64,000 nt of DNA, taken from the NCBI GenBank assembly GCA_016191395.1, contig JACPOS010000009.1, positions 102,642-166,641 on the forward strand. Reading direction: 5' to 3'. This DNA is from Chloroflexota bacterium (GTDB taxonomy: Bacteria > Chloroflexota > Limnocylindria > Limnocylindrales > CSP1-4). The translations under genes and the position numbers were made by a program. Position 1 is the stretch's first letter. Each line of letters starts with the position of its first letter. The notes under the pieces were generated by a model. The model worked only from the letters and a program-made list of their open reading frames with translations. It did no database searches and was not told the origin of the DNA. Below, piece by piece: positions 41,243 to 50,711 of the stretch.

Positions 41243-41446
41243 CTACTTCGCGAGCGACCCCGGCGGGTCGTCTCTCATTTCGCGCCGATTCGATGACATT
41301 CGCTGCATCACTTGCGGCGAACGACGCGACGATCCTGCCAATTCGTGGGCCCCGAGCCGGGCGCCCGTCTTGATGCAACGACGATCATCAATTCGCGCCG
41401 AAACGAAGAAGGAGCGGCGCGGACCGGCGCTCCGCTACTTCGCGAG
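41242..41446. mobile_element. Small non-coding insert flanked by a perfect 13-bp direct repeat and carrying TGATG..CATCA boxes
   Basis: GCTACTTCGCGAG at 41242-41254 and 41434-41446; boxes CGATGACATTCGCTGCATCA 41291 and TGATGCAACGACGATCATCA 41371. Confidence 0.65.
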
Positions 41447-42316
41447 TGACAGCACCATCGTCTTGATCTCGGTGGCCGACGGCGCGTAGGCGACCACGAG
41501 GGTTGTCACGCCGCCGGTGACGCTGGCCTTCACGCCGCTGAGCGTCGGCGTGGTGGTGCAGCTCGGGAAGTCGCCCACCGGCGACGGGTGGAACGAGAGC
41601 GTGTAGTCGCCCGGGGCAAGTCCGTAGCGGGTGCCGTCGCCCGGCCACGCGGCGTCCAGGGTGAACTCGTCATTGCCGATCGCCTTCGTGCAGCCATTGC
41701 CGGTGCTCATGAACCAGCTGCCGCCGTCCGCCGGCTTGGCCACCGCCGGCGAGAGGCCGTGCATGTTGACCAGGATCACGCCGTTGCCGGGCTGCGGCGT
41801 GGCGCTCAGGATCCCGCCGGTGGATCCGTGGAAGAGCGACTGGAGGTAGAGCTTCGGCGTGCCGTCGTCGCGCATCTCGGCGTCGCTCATCAGCACGTAG
41901 GTGATGACCTCGCCGCCCTTCAGCGTCTCCGTCTGGCTCATGACCTCGGTGCCGTTGCCGGTCTCGCCGTGCCGGTAGAAGCTCAGGAACATGTCGCCCG
42001 CCTCGTCGGCGACGGTGGGATCGAAGAAGTCCGTCGCTGTCCCATAGGGGACGGTCAGCAACGGCTTCGCGCCGGCGAGGACCCACGGCGCGGCATACAC
42101 GTCGATCGACGCGGCGGTGGGGCCGCCGTTGTAGACGTTGACGATCCGGACCTTCGCGCCGCTGGCGCGTCCGCCGCCCGCGCCGCCCCCGCCCGCATCG
42201 GTTGGCGAGCCGGGACCCGCGGTCGCCGGACCGGCGGTGTTGCCGCTGCTTCCCGTCGAGCTCCCGCACGCCGCAACGAACGCGCCAACAACCACCAGTG
42301 AGAGGAACCGCCGCAT
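41435..42316 (-). CDS. Lipoprotein, hypothetical (DUF4397-like)
   Basis: Lipobox VAAC; Gly-rich linker; AKVRIVNVY...SIDVY pattern; GAGGT RBS. Confidence 0.75.
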   Translation of the reverse strand: MRRFLSLVVVGAFVAACGSSTGSSGNTAGPATAGPGSPTDAGGGGAGGGRASGAKVRIVNVYNGGPTAASIDVYAAPWVLAGAKPLLTVPYGTATDFFDPTVADEAGDMFLSFYRHGETGNGTEVMSQTETLKGGEVITYVLMSDAEMRDDGTPKLYLQSLFHGSTGGILSATPQPGNGVILVNMHGLSPAVAKPADGGSWFMSTGNGCTKAIGNDEFTLDAAWPGDGTRYGLAPGDYTLSFHPSPVGDFPSCTTTPTLSGVKASVTGGVTTLVVAYAPSATEIKTMVLSLAK

Positions 42317-42419
42317 CGTGACCTCGAGATAGCCGCCCAACCGGCAACCTCGTGGCACCGGAACGGTGACGGTAGCAGCGCTTGCCGGGACGCGGGTTGG
42401 GGTCGGCTACGATCAGCCG

Positions 42420-43286
42420 GTGACGAGCCTGGGTCCATCTGTCGCGTACTCGGGCGAGCCCGGCGCGTTCGCCGAGGACGCGGTCCTGCGCTGGTTCGAA
42501 GCGCCGGTCGCACGGCCCATGCCGTCGTTCCGGACCGTCTTCGAGGCGGTCCGCGGCGGAGCCGTCGACGCGGGTGTCGTGCCGGTCGAGAGCTCGCAGC
42601 TCGGGACGATCCGGGAGACGCTGGACCTGCTCTTCGAGTTCGACCTCGTGATCGCCGGCGAGGTGTCGGTCCCGGTCCGCCTGGCTCTGCTGGCGCTGCC
42701 CGGCGAGCACCTGGAGACGATCCGCACGGTCCATTCGATCGCGGCTGCGCTGGCCCAGGCGGACGAGTTCCTGCACGCCGGCTCGTGGACCGTCCAGACG
42801 ACCTGGAACACAGCCGGCGCGGCGCGACAGATCGCGGAGGCCGGCGAGCGGGGTGCGGCTGCCGTCGCCTCCGCGCGGGTCGCGAGCCTGTACGGGCTCG
42901 AGGTCATCGCCGACGACATCCAGACCGGGAACGACAACCGGACGCGATTCGCCGTGCTTGCGCGGCGCGAGGAAGCGACGCGCGTCCGGGCCGCGGCCGG
43001 CGCGACGGCAGGCGCCGGCGGCCCGAAGACGACCCTGGTCTTCGGTGTCCGGAACGTCCCGGGCTCGCTCGGTCGATCCCTCGAGGCGTTCGCGTCGCGC
43101 GGCATCAACCTGTCGCGGCTGGAGTCCAGGCCGTGGACCGGCCGCGGCTCGCGGTGGGAGTACCTGTTCTGGGTGGACCTCGACGCGGATTCGATGGAGC
43201 CTGCATGCTCCGCCGCGCTGGCGGACCTGGGGCGCGAGGCCGAGATGGTGCGGATCCTGGGCACGTACGCGCGTGCGGAGGACTGA
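42420..43286 (+). CDS. pheA: Prephenate dehydratase
   Basis: VAYSGEPGAFAE, GVVPVESS, NRTRFAV, INLSRLESRP...WEYLFWVD. Confidence 0.93.
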   Translation: MTSLGPSVAYSGEPGAFAEDAVLRWFEAPVARPMPSFRTVFEAVRGGAVDAGVVPVESSQLGTIRETLDLLFEFDLVIAGEVSVPVRLALLALPGEHLETIRTVHSIAAALAQADEFLHAGSWTVQTTWNTAGAARQIAEAGERGAAAVASARVASLYGLEVIADDIQTGNDNRTRFAVLARREEATRVRAAAGATAGAGGPKTTLVFGVRNVPGSLGRSLEAFASRGINLSRLESRPWTGRGSRWEYLFWVDLDADSMEPACSAALADLGREAEMVRILGTYARAED

Positions 43287-43343
43287 CGACAAGCGGGGAT
43301 CGGCCGCGACGCCGATGATGGGGGACGACTGCGGGAGGTAGAC

Positions 43344-45020
43344 GTGAACAAGGGCTTCCAGTCCGATATGGCCGACGGCTACCGGCTCGACGAGCCGGCG
43401 ATCACCCTGGGCTCGCCGATGCTCGGCGACGAGGTCCTGACAGACGTCCGCGTGCAGATCGCCCTCTCCCGGATCAACCGGCACGGCCTGGTCGCCGGTG
43501 CCACCGGTACAGGCAAGACGAAGACGCTCCAGATCCTCGCGGGCCAGCTGTCGGCGCTCGGCGTCCCGGTCTTCGCCGTCGACGTGAAGGGCGACGTCTC
43601 GGGCATCGGCGCTCCGGGCGACCCGGCTGATCCGAAGGTCACCGCGCGCTGCGAATCGCTCCGTTGGACGTTCCAGGCTGCCGGGCACCCGCTCGAGGTG
43701 CTGTCGCTGTCGGGCAAGTCCGGCGCGCACGTGCGGGCCAGCATCTCGTCATTCGGACCGCTGCTCCTGGGCAAGGTCCTGGACCTGAACGAGACCCAGA
43801 CCTCCATCCTCTCGCTCGTCTTCCGCTACTGCGACGACCAGCAGCTGCCGCTGCTCGATCTCGCGGACCTGCGCACGACCCTGAAGTTCCTCGGATCGGA
43901 CGACGGCAAGGCCGTCCTCGAGGACCTCGGTGGCATCAGCTCCGCGTCGCTCGGCGTGATCCTCCGCTCCATCGTGACGATCGAGGAGGAGGGCGCCGAC
44001 ATCTTCTTCGGCGAGCCGGAGTTCGACGTCCACGACCTGCTCCGGACGACCCTCGACGGCCGGGGCATCGTCACGCTCCTCGAGGTCGCGGACGTCATGG
44101 ACCGGCCGCGCCTGTACTCGACGTTCGTGCTGTGGATGCTCGCCCAGCTGTACGAGAGCCTGCCCGAGGTGGGTGACATCCCGAAGCCCAAGCTGGCCTT
44201 CTTCTTCGATGAGGCGCACCTGCTGTTCAACGACGCGTCGGAGGCCCTCCTGGAGCAGATCGAGCGCACCGCGCGGCTCATCCGCTCCAAGGGCGTCGGC
44301 GTGTACTTCGTCACCCAGGCGCCCACGGACGTCCCGTCGTCCGTGCTATCCCAGCTGGGCAACCGGATCCAGCATGCCCTGCGCGCCTTCACCCCGGACG
44401 ACGCCGACGCGCTCCGCAAGGCCGCGCGGACGTTCCCCGTGACCACCCATTACGACGTCGAGCGAACGATCACCTCGCTCGGCATCGGCGAGGCGCTGGT
44501 CACGGTCCTCTCGCCGAAGGGCGTCCCCACGCCGCTCGCCGCGACCCGGCTCATCCCGCCGGACTCGCGCATGGCGCCCCTCACGGACCAGGAGCTCTCG
44601 CAGCTGATCGCCGGCTCGCAGCTGTTCGGGCGGTACGGGACGGCGGTCGATCGTGAGAGCGCACACGAGATCATCACGGCCCGTCTCGCCGTCGCGCACC
44701 AGGCCGCCCAGGGAGCCGCCGGTGCCGCGGGCGCCCCCGCCGGAGCACCCGGCGCGAGTCCATACGGCGGCATGACGCCGGCGCAGTACGAGCGGGAGAT
44801 CAGGCGCCAGGCCACGCAGGCCGAGCGGGACCGTCAGCGCGAGATCCGCGATGCCGAACGCGAGCGGAAGGCCCAGGCACGTGAGATGCGCGCTGCGGAG
44901 CGAGCTCGCCAGCGCACGCTCAACACGAGCATCCGCACGGTCGGCCGCGTCGCGGGCTCGCGACTCGGCCAGTCGATCATCCGCGGGGTCTTCAGCACGA
45001 TCTTCGGGCGCGGCCGCTGA
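43344..45020 (+). CDS. DUF853 / HerA-like ATPase (YjgR family)
   Basis: NRHGLVAGATGTGKTKTLQ, FFFDEAHLLF, RSKGVGVYF, QLGNRIQHALRAFTP. Confidence 0.93.
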   Translation: MNKGFQSDMADGYRLDEPAITLGSPMLGDEVLTDVRVQIALSRINRHGLVAGATGTGKTKTLQILAGQLSALGVPVFAVDVKGDVSGIGAPGDPADPKVTARCESLRWTFQAAGHPLEVLSLSGKSGAHVRASISSFGPLLLGKVLDLNETQTSILSLVFRYCDDQQLPLLDLADLRTTLKFLGSDDGKAVLEDLGGISSASLGVILRSIVTIEEEGADIFFGEPEFDVHDLLRTTLDGRGIVTLLEVADVMDRPRLYSTFVLWMLAQLYESLPEVGDIPKPKLAFFFDEAHLLFNDASEALLEQIERTARLIRSKGVGVYFVTQAPTDVPSSVLSQLGNRIQHALRAFTPDDADALRKAARTFPVTTHYDVERTITSLGIGEALVTVLSPKGVPTPLAATRLIPPDSRMAPLTDQELSQLIAGSQLFGRYGTAVDRESAHEIITARLAVAHQAAQGAAGAAGAPAGAPGASPYGGMTPAQYEREIRRQATQAERDRQREIRDAERERKAQAREMRAAERARQRTLNTSIRTVGRVAGSRLGQSIIRGVFSTIFGRGR

Positions 45021-45078
45021 GGCCCCGCCGATCCGGCAGCGGTACGATGACCTCGACCACGCTCCAGGAGCCCCGCCG

Positions 45079-46521
45079 ATGACGCTCACCGGTACCAAGC
45101 CCCATCCGATCTACCTCGCCGGCAGGTGGGTGGAATCGCCCGATCGGCTCGACGTCGACAATCCGGCCGACCCGTCCATGCCCGCCGGTGCAACGTACAA
45201 CGCGACCGAGGCGCAGTACGAGGAGGCGGTGACCGCCGCCGTCGCCGCGTTCCGCGAGACGCGCGCGCTCCCGGTGTACGAACGGAGCCGGGCCCTGCGC
45301 GAGATCTCCGCGGGGATCAAGGAACGGCGCGAGGAGCTCGGGCGGATCCTGAGCATGGAGGCAGGCAAGCCGCTTCGAGACGCCCTCGTCGAGGTCGACC
45401 GCTCGGTGTTCACCTTCCGGCTCGCCGCGGAGGAGGCCGAGCGGATGCTCGGTGAGGTGATTCCACTGGATCTCGTCGCGGCGTCGCGTGGGCGCTTTGG
45501 CATCACCCGGCGCTTCCCGGTGGGGCCCGTCGCCGGCATCAGCCCCTTCAACGTCCCGCTCAACCTTGCGGCGCACAAGATCGCCCCCGCGATCGCGGCC
45601 GGCTGCTCGATCGTGCTGAAGCCGGCGACGAAGGATCCCCTGACGATCCTCACGGTCGGCGAGATCATCGACTCCGTCGGACTCCCGGCCGGCGCCGTGA
45701 GCATCCTGCCGATGACACGCGAGCTGGGCGATCGGATGGTCTCCGACCCGCGCTTCAAGCTCCTCACCTTCACCGGCAGCCCGTCCGTCGGGTGGCGGAT
45801 GAAGGAGCGGGCCGGGAAGAAGAAGGTCGTCCTTGAGCTGGGTGGCAACGCCGCGGTGATCATCGACGCGACCGCCGACATCGACTGGGCGGTCAAGCGG
45901 ATCCTCGTCGGCGGGTTCAGCTACGCCGGCCAGTCGTGCATCAGCGTCCAGCGCATCTACGTCCACGAGTCCGTCGCCGAGGCATTCCGGGAGAAGCTCC
46001 TTGCCGGCGTTCGCCTGCTCAAGGTTGGCGACCCGCTGGATCCCACGACGGACCTTGGCCCGATGGTCGACGAGCCGAACGCCGAGCGGGTCCGGCGCTG
46101 GGTCAGCGAGGCGGTCTCGATGGGCGGCACCGTGCTGGCAGGCGGGACGGCAGACGGCGCGTTCTTCCAGCCCACCGTCCTCGCGGACGTCCCGAACAAC
46201 GCCCAGGTGTGCAGCAACGAGGCCTTCGCGCCGCTCGTGGTCCTGTCGACGTTCTCGGATTTCGGTGCGGCTATCGAGCAGGTCAACGACAGCGCATTCG
46301 GGCTCCAGACGGGCGTGTTCACGAACGACCTGGGCCACGCCTGGCAGGCGTTCAACGAGCTCGAGGTCGGCGGCGTCGTGATGAACGACATCTCGAGCTA
46401 CCGCGTGGATCACATGCCCTACGGCGGCGTCAAGGACTCCGGCCTGGGGCGCGAGGGCCTGCGCTGGTCGATCGAGGACATGACCGAGCTCAAGATCATG
46501 GTCGTCGCCCAGCCGCAGTAG
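45079..46521 (+). CDS. Aldehyde dehydrogenase family protein
   Basis: SPFNVP, FTGS, LELGGN, AGQSCIS, EAFAP, PYGGVKDSG. Confidence 0.95.
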   Translation: MTLTGTKPHPIYLAGRWVESPDRLDVDNPADPSMPAGATYNATEAQYEEAVTAAVAAFRETRALPVYERSRALREISAGIKERREELGRILSMEAGKPLRDALVEVDRSVFTFRLAAEEAERMLGEVIPLDLVAASRGRFGITRRFPVGPVAGISPFNVPLNLAAHKIAPAIAAGCSIVLKPATKDPLTILTVGEIIDSVGLPAGAVSILPMTRELGDRMVSDPRFKLLTFTGSPSVGWRMKERAGKKKVVLELGGNAAVIIDATADIDWAVKRILVGGFSYAGQSCISVQRIYVHESVAEAFREKLLAGVRLLKVGDPLDPTTDLGPMVDEPNAERVRRWVSEAVSMGGTVLAGGTADGAFFQPTVLADVPNNAQVCSNEAFAPLVVLSTFSDFGAAIEQVNDSAFGLQTGVFTNDLGHAWQAFNELEVGGVVMNDISSYRVDHMPYGGVKDSGLGREGLRWSIEDMTELKIMVVAQPQ

Positions 46522-46602
46522 GTTCGACGAGAGGCTCGGTCCTGGCCGACATCCAGGCGAAGCCCATACGGTTCGGGGGCGAGTCCGAGCCGGAGGCCGG
46601 AA

Positions 46603-47592
46603 TCAGCGGATAGCGCCGGCAGTTCGCCGCCTGGCAGTGATGAGTGTCAGCGGGGGTGCGGCTGAGAGGTCGAATCGCTCGATTGCCTCGAAGCCTGCAG
46701 CTCGAAGCCACTCGACATAGGTTGAGAACGGATAGACGCGCCCGGCCCTCGTGCGCAGGAGGAGGCCGAGGGCGTAAAGGACGACGCCTCGGGGTCCCTC
46801 GAGCCGCTCATCCGGGACCGCGTCCATGATCGCCACCCGTCCGCCCACCCGAACCGCCTCGCCAAGTCGGCCGAGCAGGCGGCGGTTGGTGGCCCCGTCG
46901 AACAGGTGGCAGACGTTGCCCGCGATCGCCAGGTCGTACTCGTCCCGGCCGAGGTCGATGGTGAAGAGGTCGCCGGCCCGCATCTCGAACCGGGTGTCAA
47001 GGCCGGCGTCCGCGACCGCGCGGCGAGTCGCCGGGATCACGCCGGGCAGGTCAACGGCGGTCACCCGACAGGCCGGGTCTCGGGTGGCGAGCGCCAGGCT
47101 CCATGGCGCGGCCCCGGCGCCGAGATCGAGGATCCGGAGGCCCGACCCGGCCAGCTGGTCCGCGGCCCGCGCGGCGACCGGCGCGAAGAGTTCCGCGAGG
47201 AACCCGACCGCGTTCGGGTAGAGCTTCTCGGCCGCACCGCGATCGTCCACGGCGACCGCGGGACGATCGCTCCGGATTGCTTCGGCCAGACCCTCCCACG
47301 GAGTGCGCAACGATGCCAGCCGTTCCGGGTCCAGGCTCGTCGCCCGGTAGCGTCCGTCGGCGGTCCGGTCCACGAGGCCCAGCCCGGCCAATGCGGCAAC
47401 GAGCAGGCGGCTGCCGCGCTCGCCGATGGAACATTCGGTTGCGAGCGTGGACGGGTCGATGGGCCCGGCCGCCAGCCGGGCGAGGACGCCGAGTCGGTCT
47501 GCAGCCGCAAGTGCCGCCGAGGCGGCGACCGCCTCCTGGAGGAAGGTCACGCGTTCGGCGGCCACTTCTCGTCCGTCTCGCGGCCCGGTCAT
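46603..47592 (-). CDS. SAM-dependent small-molecule O-methyltransferase with dimerisation domain
   Basis: N-terminal wHTH-like dimerisation region; ILDLGAGAA, VDLPGV, AGDLF, GNVCH. Confidence 0.88.
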   Translation of the reverse strand: MTGPRDGREVAAERVTFLQEAVAASAALAAADRLGVLARLAAGPIDPSTLATECSIGERGSRLLVAALAGLGLVDRTADGRYRATSLDPERLASLRTPWEGLAEAIRSDRPAVAVDDRGAAEKLYPNAVGFLAELFAPVAARAADQLAGSGLRILDLGAGAAPWSLALATRDPACRVTAVDLPGVIPATRRAVADAGLDTRFEMRAGDLFTIDLGRDEYDLAIAGNVCHLFDGATNRRLLGRLGEAVRVGGRVAIMDAVPDERLEGPRGVVLYALGLLLRTRAGRVYPFSTYVEWLRAAGFEAIERFDLSAAPPLTLITARRRTAGAIR

Positions 47593-49898
47593 GACCCCGG
47601 CTGGACAATTCCTGCGGCTCCGTCGACCGTGACGATCTGCCCATCACGGAGGCGGCTCGTGGCGTCGCCGGTGCCCACGACGGCAGGAATTCCGTACTCC
47701 CGGGCGACGACGGAGGAGTGTGAGGCCACGCCTCCGGTGTCCGTCACGACGGCGACCGCTGTCGCGAACAGGGGCGTCCAGGCGGGTGTCGTGATCGGTG
47801 CCACGAGTACGTCGCCCGGCTGGAGCCGGTCGAATTCCGAGGCCGAGCGGATGACGCGTACCGGGCCGGTGGCACGGCCCGGGCTGGCGGCGATCCCGCG
47901 CAGGCCCGACGCATTGCCGGAGCCCGGCATTCGAACCGCCTCCTCGGCCGCGCCAAGGAATCGCTTCAATATCGGTGCCATCTCGCCGATGATGAGAGGC
48001 GGTACCAGCCGACGCTGCCCGTCCCAGGCAGCACGCCGGCGCACCGCTTCACTACCCAGCTCCCGGTTGTCCTCCGACCCGCCGAGGGCAACGAGCAGCT
48101 CATGGTGGGTGATGAAGAACACCTGATCCGGATCGGCCAGCTGGCCCCGCTCGTACAGCAGCTCGCCGAGCCGGCGAACGGCCCGGCGCATGAGTGGCCA
48201 GCCCAACGTGAACCAGAACACCTGCTCCTCGCGCAGCGGCTGGAACCGCTGGGCCGTCGTCACGACCTTGTCGAACCTGGCCAGCAGCTTCGGCTCGCTG
48301 GCGAGCGCGGATCGGGCGTCCTGCTCGACGGCCATGCGCTCGGCCTCCAGCCGCGAGCGCCGTTCGGATGCAACGGCGGCGTCCGAGGGTGCAGCGCCGC
48401 GCTCTCCCAGGGTCGGGAAGACCCAGTCGAGCCCCTCCACGGCATGCCCGTATGCCTCGATCGACGGTGCGAACAGGCCTCGGAGCAACCAGAGGTGACT
48501 TCCGCCGATCCGCGGATGAAGATGGCGTCGATAGAAGGCAGCCAGCGGGATCTCTGCCTTCGTCGCGAACCCAGCGACGCCCATGATCGAGAAGAAGTAC
48601 TCGCCCGCATCGTCGGCCAGCCCGTCGATGAGCTCGACGAGTCCTTCGGCCTGGAGGCGCTCCATTTGCTCGTCGCCACGGGCGACAAGCGCCCGGTGGC
48701 GCGGCAGGACCGACTCCCGCCACTCCCGCACGAAGAGCTCGACTCCGAACCGGGCCGTCTGGGGAATCATCATCACCGCCCGGCGAGGTCGAACGAGGAG
48801 CGAGGGAAGGAAGTACCGGAGCATGATCCAGGCCATCGACCGGAGGCTCGTGGGGAACGTGCTCAGCGAGTAGAAATACCAGCCATTGACCACGGCATGC
48901 AACGGACGAGGCAACGGGATCGGGACGCTCGCCCGCATGCCTTCGTGGAACCGATCCTCAAGCCGTGCCAGCAGCCATGATTCAAAGAGCGGCGTGACCG
49001 GGTCACCCAGCCATTCGCCAAGCCTCAGGTTGCGGGCCCAACCGCCCGGCAGGGGCGGTCGCCAGTCGACCGGCTCCGGCAGGGCCGTCATCGGGCGGGC
49101 CTGAAGCAGGAACACGATGCCGTCGGCGATCGCCCACTCGATGTCCTGAGGTGTTCCGAAATGCGCTTCGACGCGTCGCGCCAGATCGGCCACTGCACGG
49201 GCCTGGTCCGTGTCGATCGAGCCCTCGCCGGCCCGCTGACAGACGACCGCGCCGGCCCGCACGATCCACTCGTCGGGGGTCGCCTCGCCGGCGACGAGCC
49301 GTTCGCCAAGACCCCGGACCGCGCTCACGACCGTCTCGCCCCGATCGCCGGTCACGGGGTTGGCGGTAAAGGCGACGCCGGCCGCCACGGCCGGGACAAG
49401 GCGCTGGATGAGGACGGCCATGCTCGCCCCGCCGCCGTCCCCTAGAGCCGCCCCGTACGCGGCGACCCTTGAGCTGAACGCGGACGCCCAGCAATGCCGC
49501 GCGGCGTCGACGATGGCATCGGCGCCCCTGACGTCGAGGACGCTCTCGTACTGCCCGGCGAACGATGCGCCGGGCAGGTCTTCGGCCACGCCTGAGGAGC
49601 GGACCGCCAGCGGGACTCCCTCGAAGCGATCGGCGACGGCTCGCAGGACACGCTCGACGTCGGCCGGAAGGGGCGCAGACTCGATCTCGGCGGGGGTCGA
49701 ATCGCCGGCGAAGCCATTGGCGGCCATGAACGCATCGAATGCGTCGACGGTCAGGACCACGCCCTCGGGGACAGGGAAGCCTGACCTGAGCATCTCCCCA
49801 AGGGTCGCCGCCTTGTTGCCGACCCGGGGCCGGTCCTCACGGGACAGGTCGTCCAGGTCGATCAGGCAGGAGCCACTGGCCACGTCAACGGCTTTCAT
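47589..49898 (-). CDS. PEP-synthase/dikinase-like phosphotransferase (ATP-grasp, central domain, C-terminal phospho-His swivel; rifampin-phosphotransferase-like order)
   Basis: VGNKAATL, AVRSSGVAED..ASFAGQY, QDIEWA, LQARP, GGVASHSSVVAREYGIP. Confidence 0.88.
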   Translation of the reverse strand: MKAVDVASGSCLIDLDDLSREDRPRVGNKAATLGEMLRSGFPVPEGVVLTVDAFDAFMAANGFAGDSTPAEIESAPLPADVERVLRAVADRFEGVPLAVRSSGVAEDLPGASFAGQYESVLDVRGADAIVDAARHCWASAFSSRVAAYGAALGDGGGASMAVLIQRLVPAVAAGVAFTANPVTGDRGETVVSAVRGLGERLVAGEATPDEWIVRAGAVVCQRAGEGSIDTDQARAVADLARRVEAHFGTPQDIEWAIADGIVFLLQARPMTALPEPVDWRPPLPGGWARNLRLGEWLGDPVTPLFESWLLARLEDRFHEGMRASVPIPLPRPLHAVVNGWYFYSLSTFPTSLRSMAWIMLRYFLPSLLVRPRRAVMMIPQTARFGVELFVREWRESVLPRHRALVARGDEQMERLQAEGLVELIDGLADDAGEYFFSIMGVAGFATKAEIPLAAFYRRHLHPRIGGSHLWLLRGLFAPSIEAYGHAVEGLDWVFPTLGERGAAPSDAAVASERRSRLEAERMAVEQDARSALASEPKLLARFDKVVTTAQRFQPLREEQVFWFTLGWPLMRRAVRRLGELLYERGQLADPDQVFFITHHELLVALGGSEDNRELGSEAVRRRAAWDGQRRLVPPLIIGEMAPILKRFLGAAEEAVRMPGSGNASGLRGIAASPGRATGPVRVIRSASEFDRLQPGDVLVAPITTPAWTPLFATAVAVVTDTGGVASHSSVVAREYGIPAVVGTGDATSRLRDGQIVTVDGAAGIVQPGS

Positions 49899-49916
49899 TG
49901 ACGCTACCTGGTTCCC

Positions 49917-50708
49917 TCACCTGACCGCGATCATCCCGACCATGCCGGCCTCCTTGTGACCGGGAACGGCGCAGTAGAACTCGAGGGTGCCGGCGGAGGT
50001 TGGCTTGATTGCGACGGCGGTCGTGGAGTTCGCCGCCAACTGGATGTTGATCTTCAGGGCATCGATCGTGAAGGAATGACCGAAGCCGTCCCTGTTGATC
50101 ACGAACAGGCCCAGGACCTCGCCGTTCTTCATCTCCAGCCTCGTCTCCAGGAACTTCGTGTTCTCGGCCGTGACGACGCCGGTCGTGGTTGGTGCCTCGG
50201 CCACGCCACCCCCGGCTGACCCGACGGCGGCTCCCACGAATGACGTCGCGATCGCTCCTGCGACGGCGGCCCAGACCACCGCCGTGAGGATGCGCCCCCG
50301 AACCCCGACGCGGTCGATCCCACCGGTCCGGGCCTCGCGGAAGGCCGAGATCCCGGCGATCACCAGGACCGTGACCCCAGCCACGAGCGGCAGCGCCACG
50401 GTGAAGCCGGGATCGATCGGATGACTGAGCGAGTAGGGCAGGAACGTAGCATTCAGGAGCAGGAACAGGATCCCGGGAACGAGGGCGACGAGCCAGAACC
50501 GCGGCCGTGCCGGCGCGGCAGGCCAGAACGTGGCGAGAGCCGCCGCGACCGCGAAGGCGATGGAGAATCCAGCCAGGATGGGCAGGAACGCCGCGGCTTC
50601 CGGCGAGTCGAGCTCGGGCAGGATGAACAGGATGATCGAGTACACGAACGCCGCGACAAGCACCCAGTACGTCGCCGCGTACAGCCGCATCGAGAACGTG
50701 CGTGCCAT
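49917..50708 (-). CDS. Membrane protein with C-terminal cupredoxin domain
   Basis: About 5 TM segments; HSFTID...FYCAVPGHKEAGM Cu ligands; GGAGG RBS. Confidence 0.82.
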   Translation of the reverse strand: MARTFSMRLYAATYWVLVAAFVYSIILFILPELDSPEAAAFLPILAGFSIAFAVAAALATFWPAAPARPRFWLVALVPGILFLLLNATFLPYSLSHPIDPGFTVALPLVAGVTVLVIAGISAFREARTGGIDRVGVRGRILTAVVWAAVAGAIATSFVGAAVGSAGGGVAEAPTTTGVVTAENTKFLETRLEMKNGEVLGLFVINRDGFGHSFTIDALKINIQLAANSTTAVAIKPTSAGTLEFYCAVPGHKEAGMVGMIAVR

Positions 50709-50711
50709 GAC

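Noticed and set aside
43344-45020. HerA-like ATPase as part of an anti-phage system
   Set aside because: Typical DUF853/YjgR sequence in a housekeeping context, with no partner nuclease or sirtuin
47589-49898. Calling the phosphotransferase rph (rifampin resistance)
   Set aside because: Domain order matches, but I cannot verify the substrate domain and saw no rifamycin-associated element upstream
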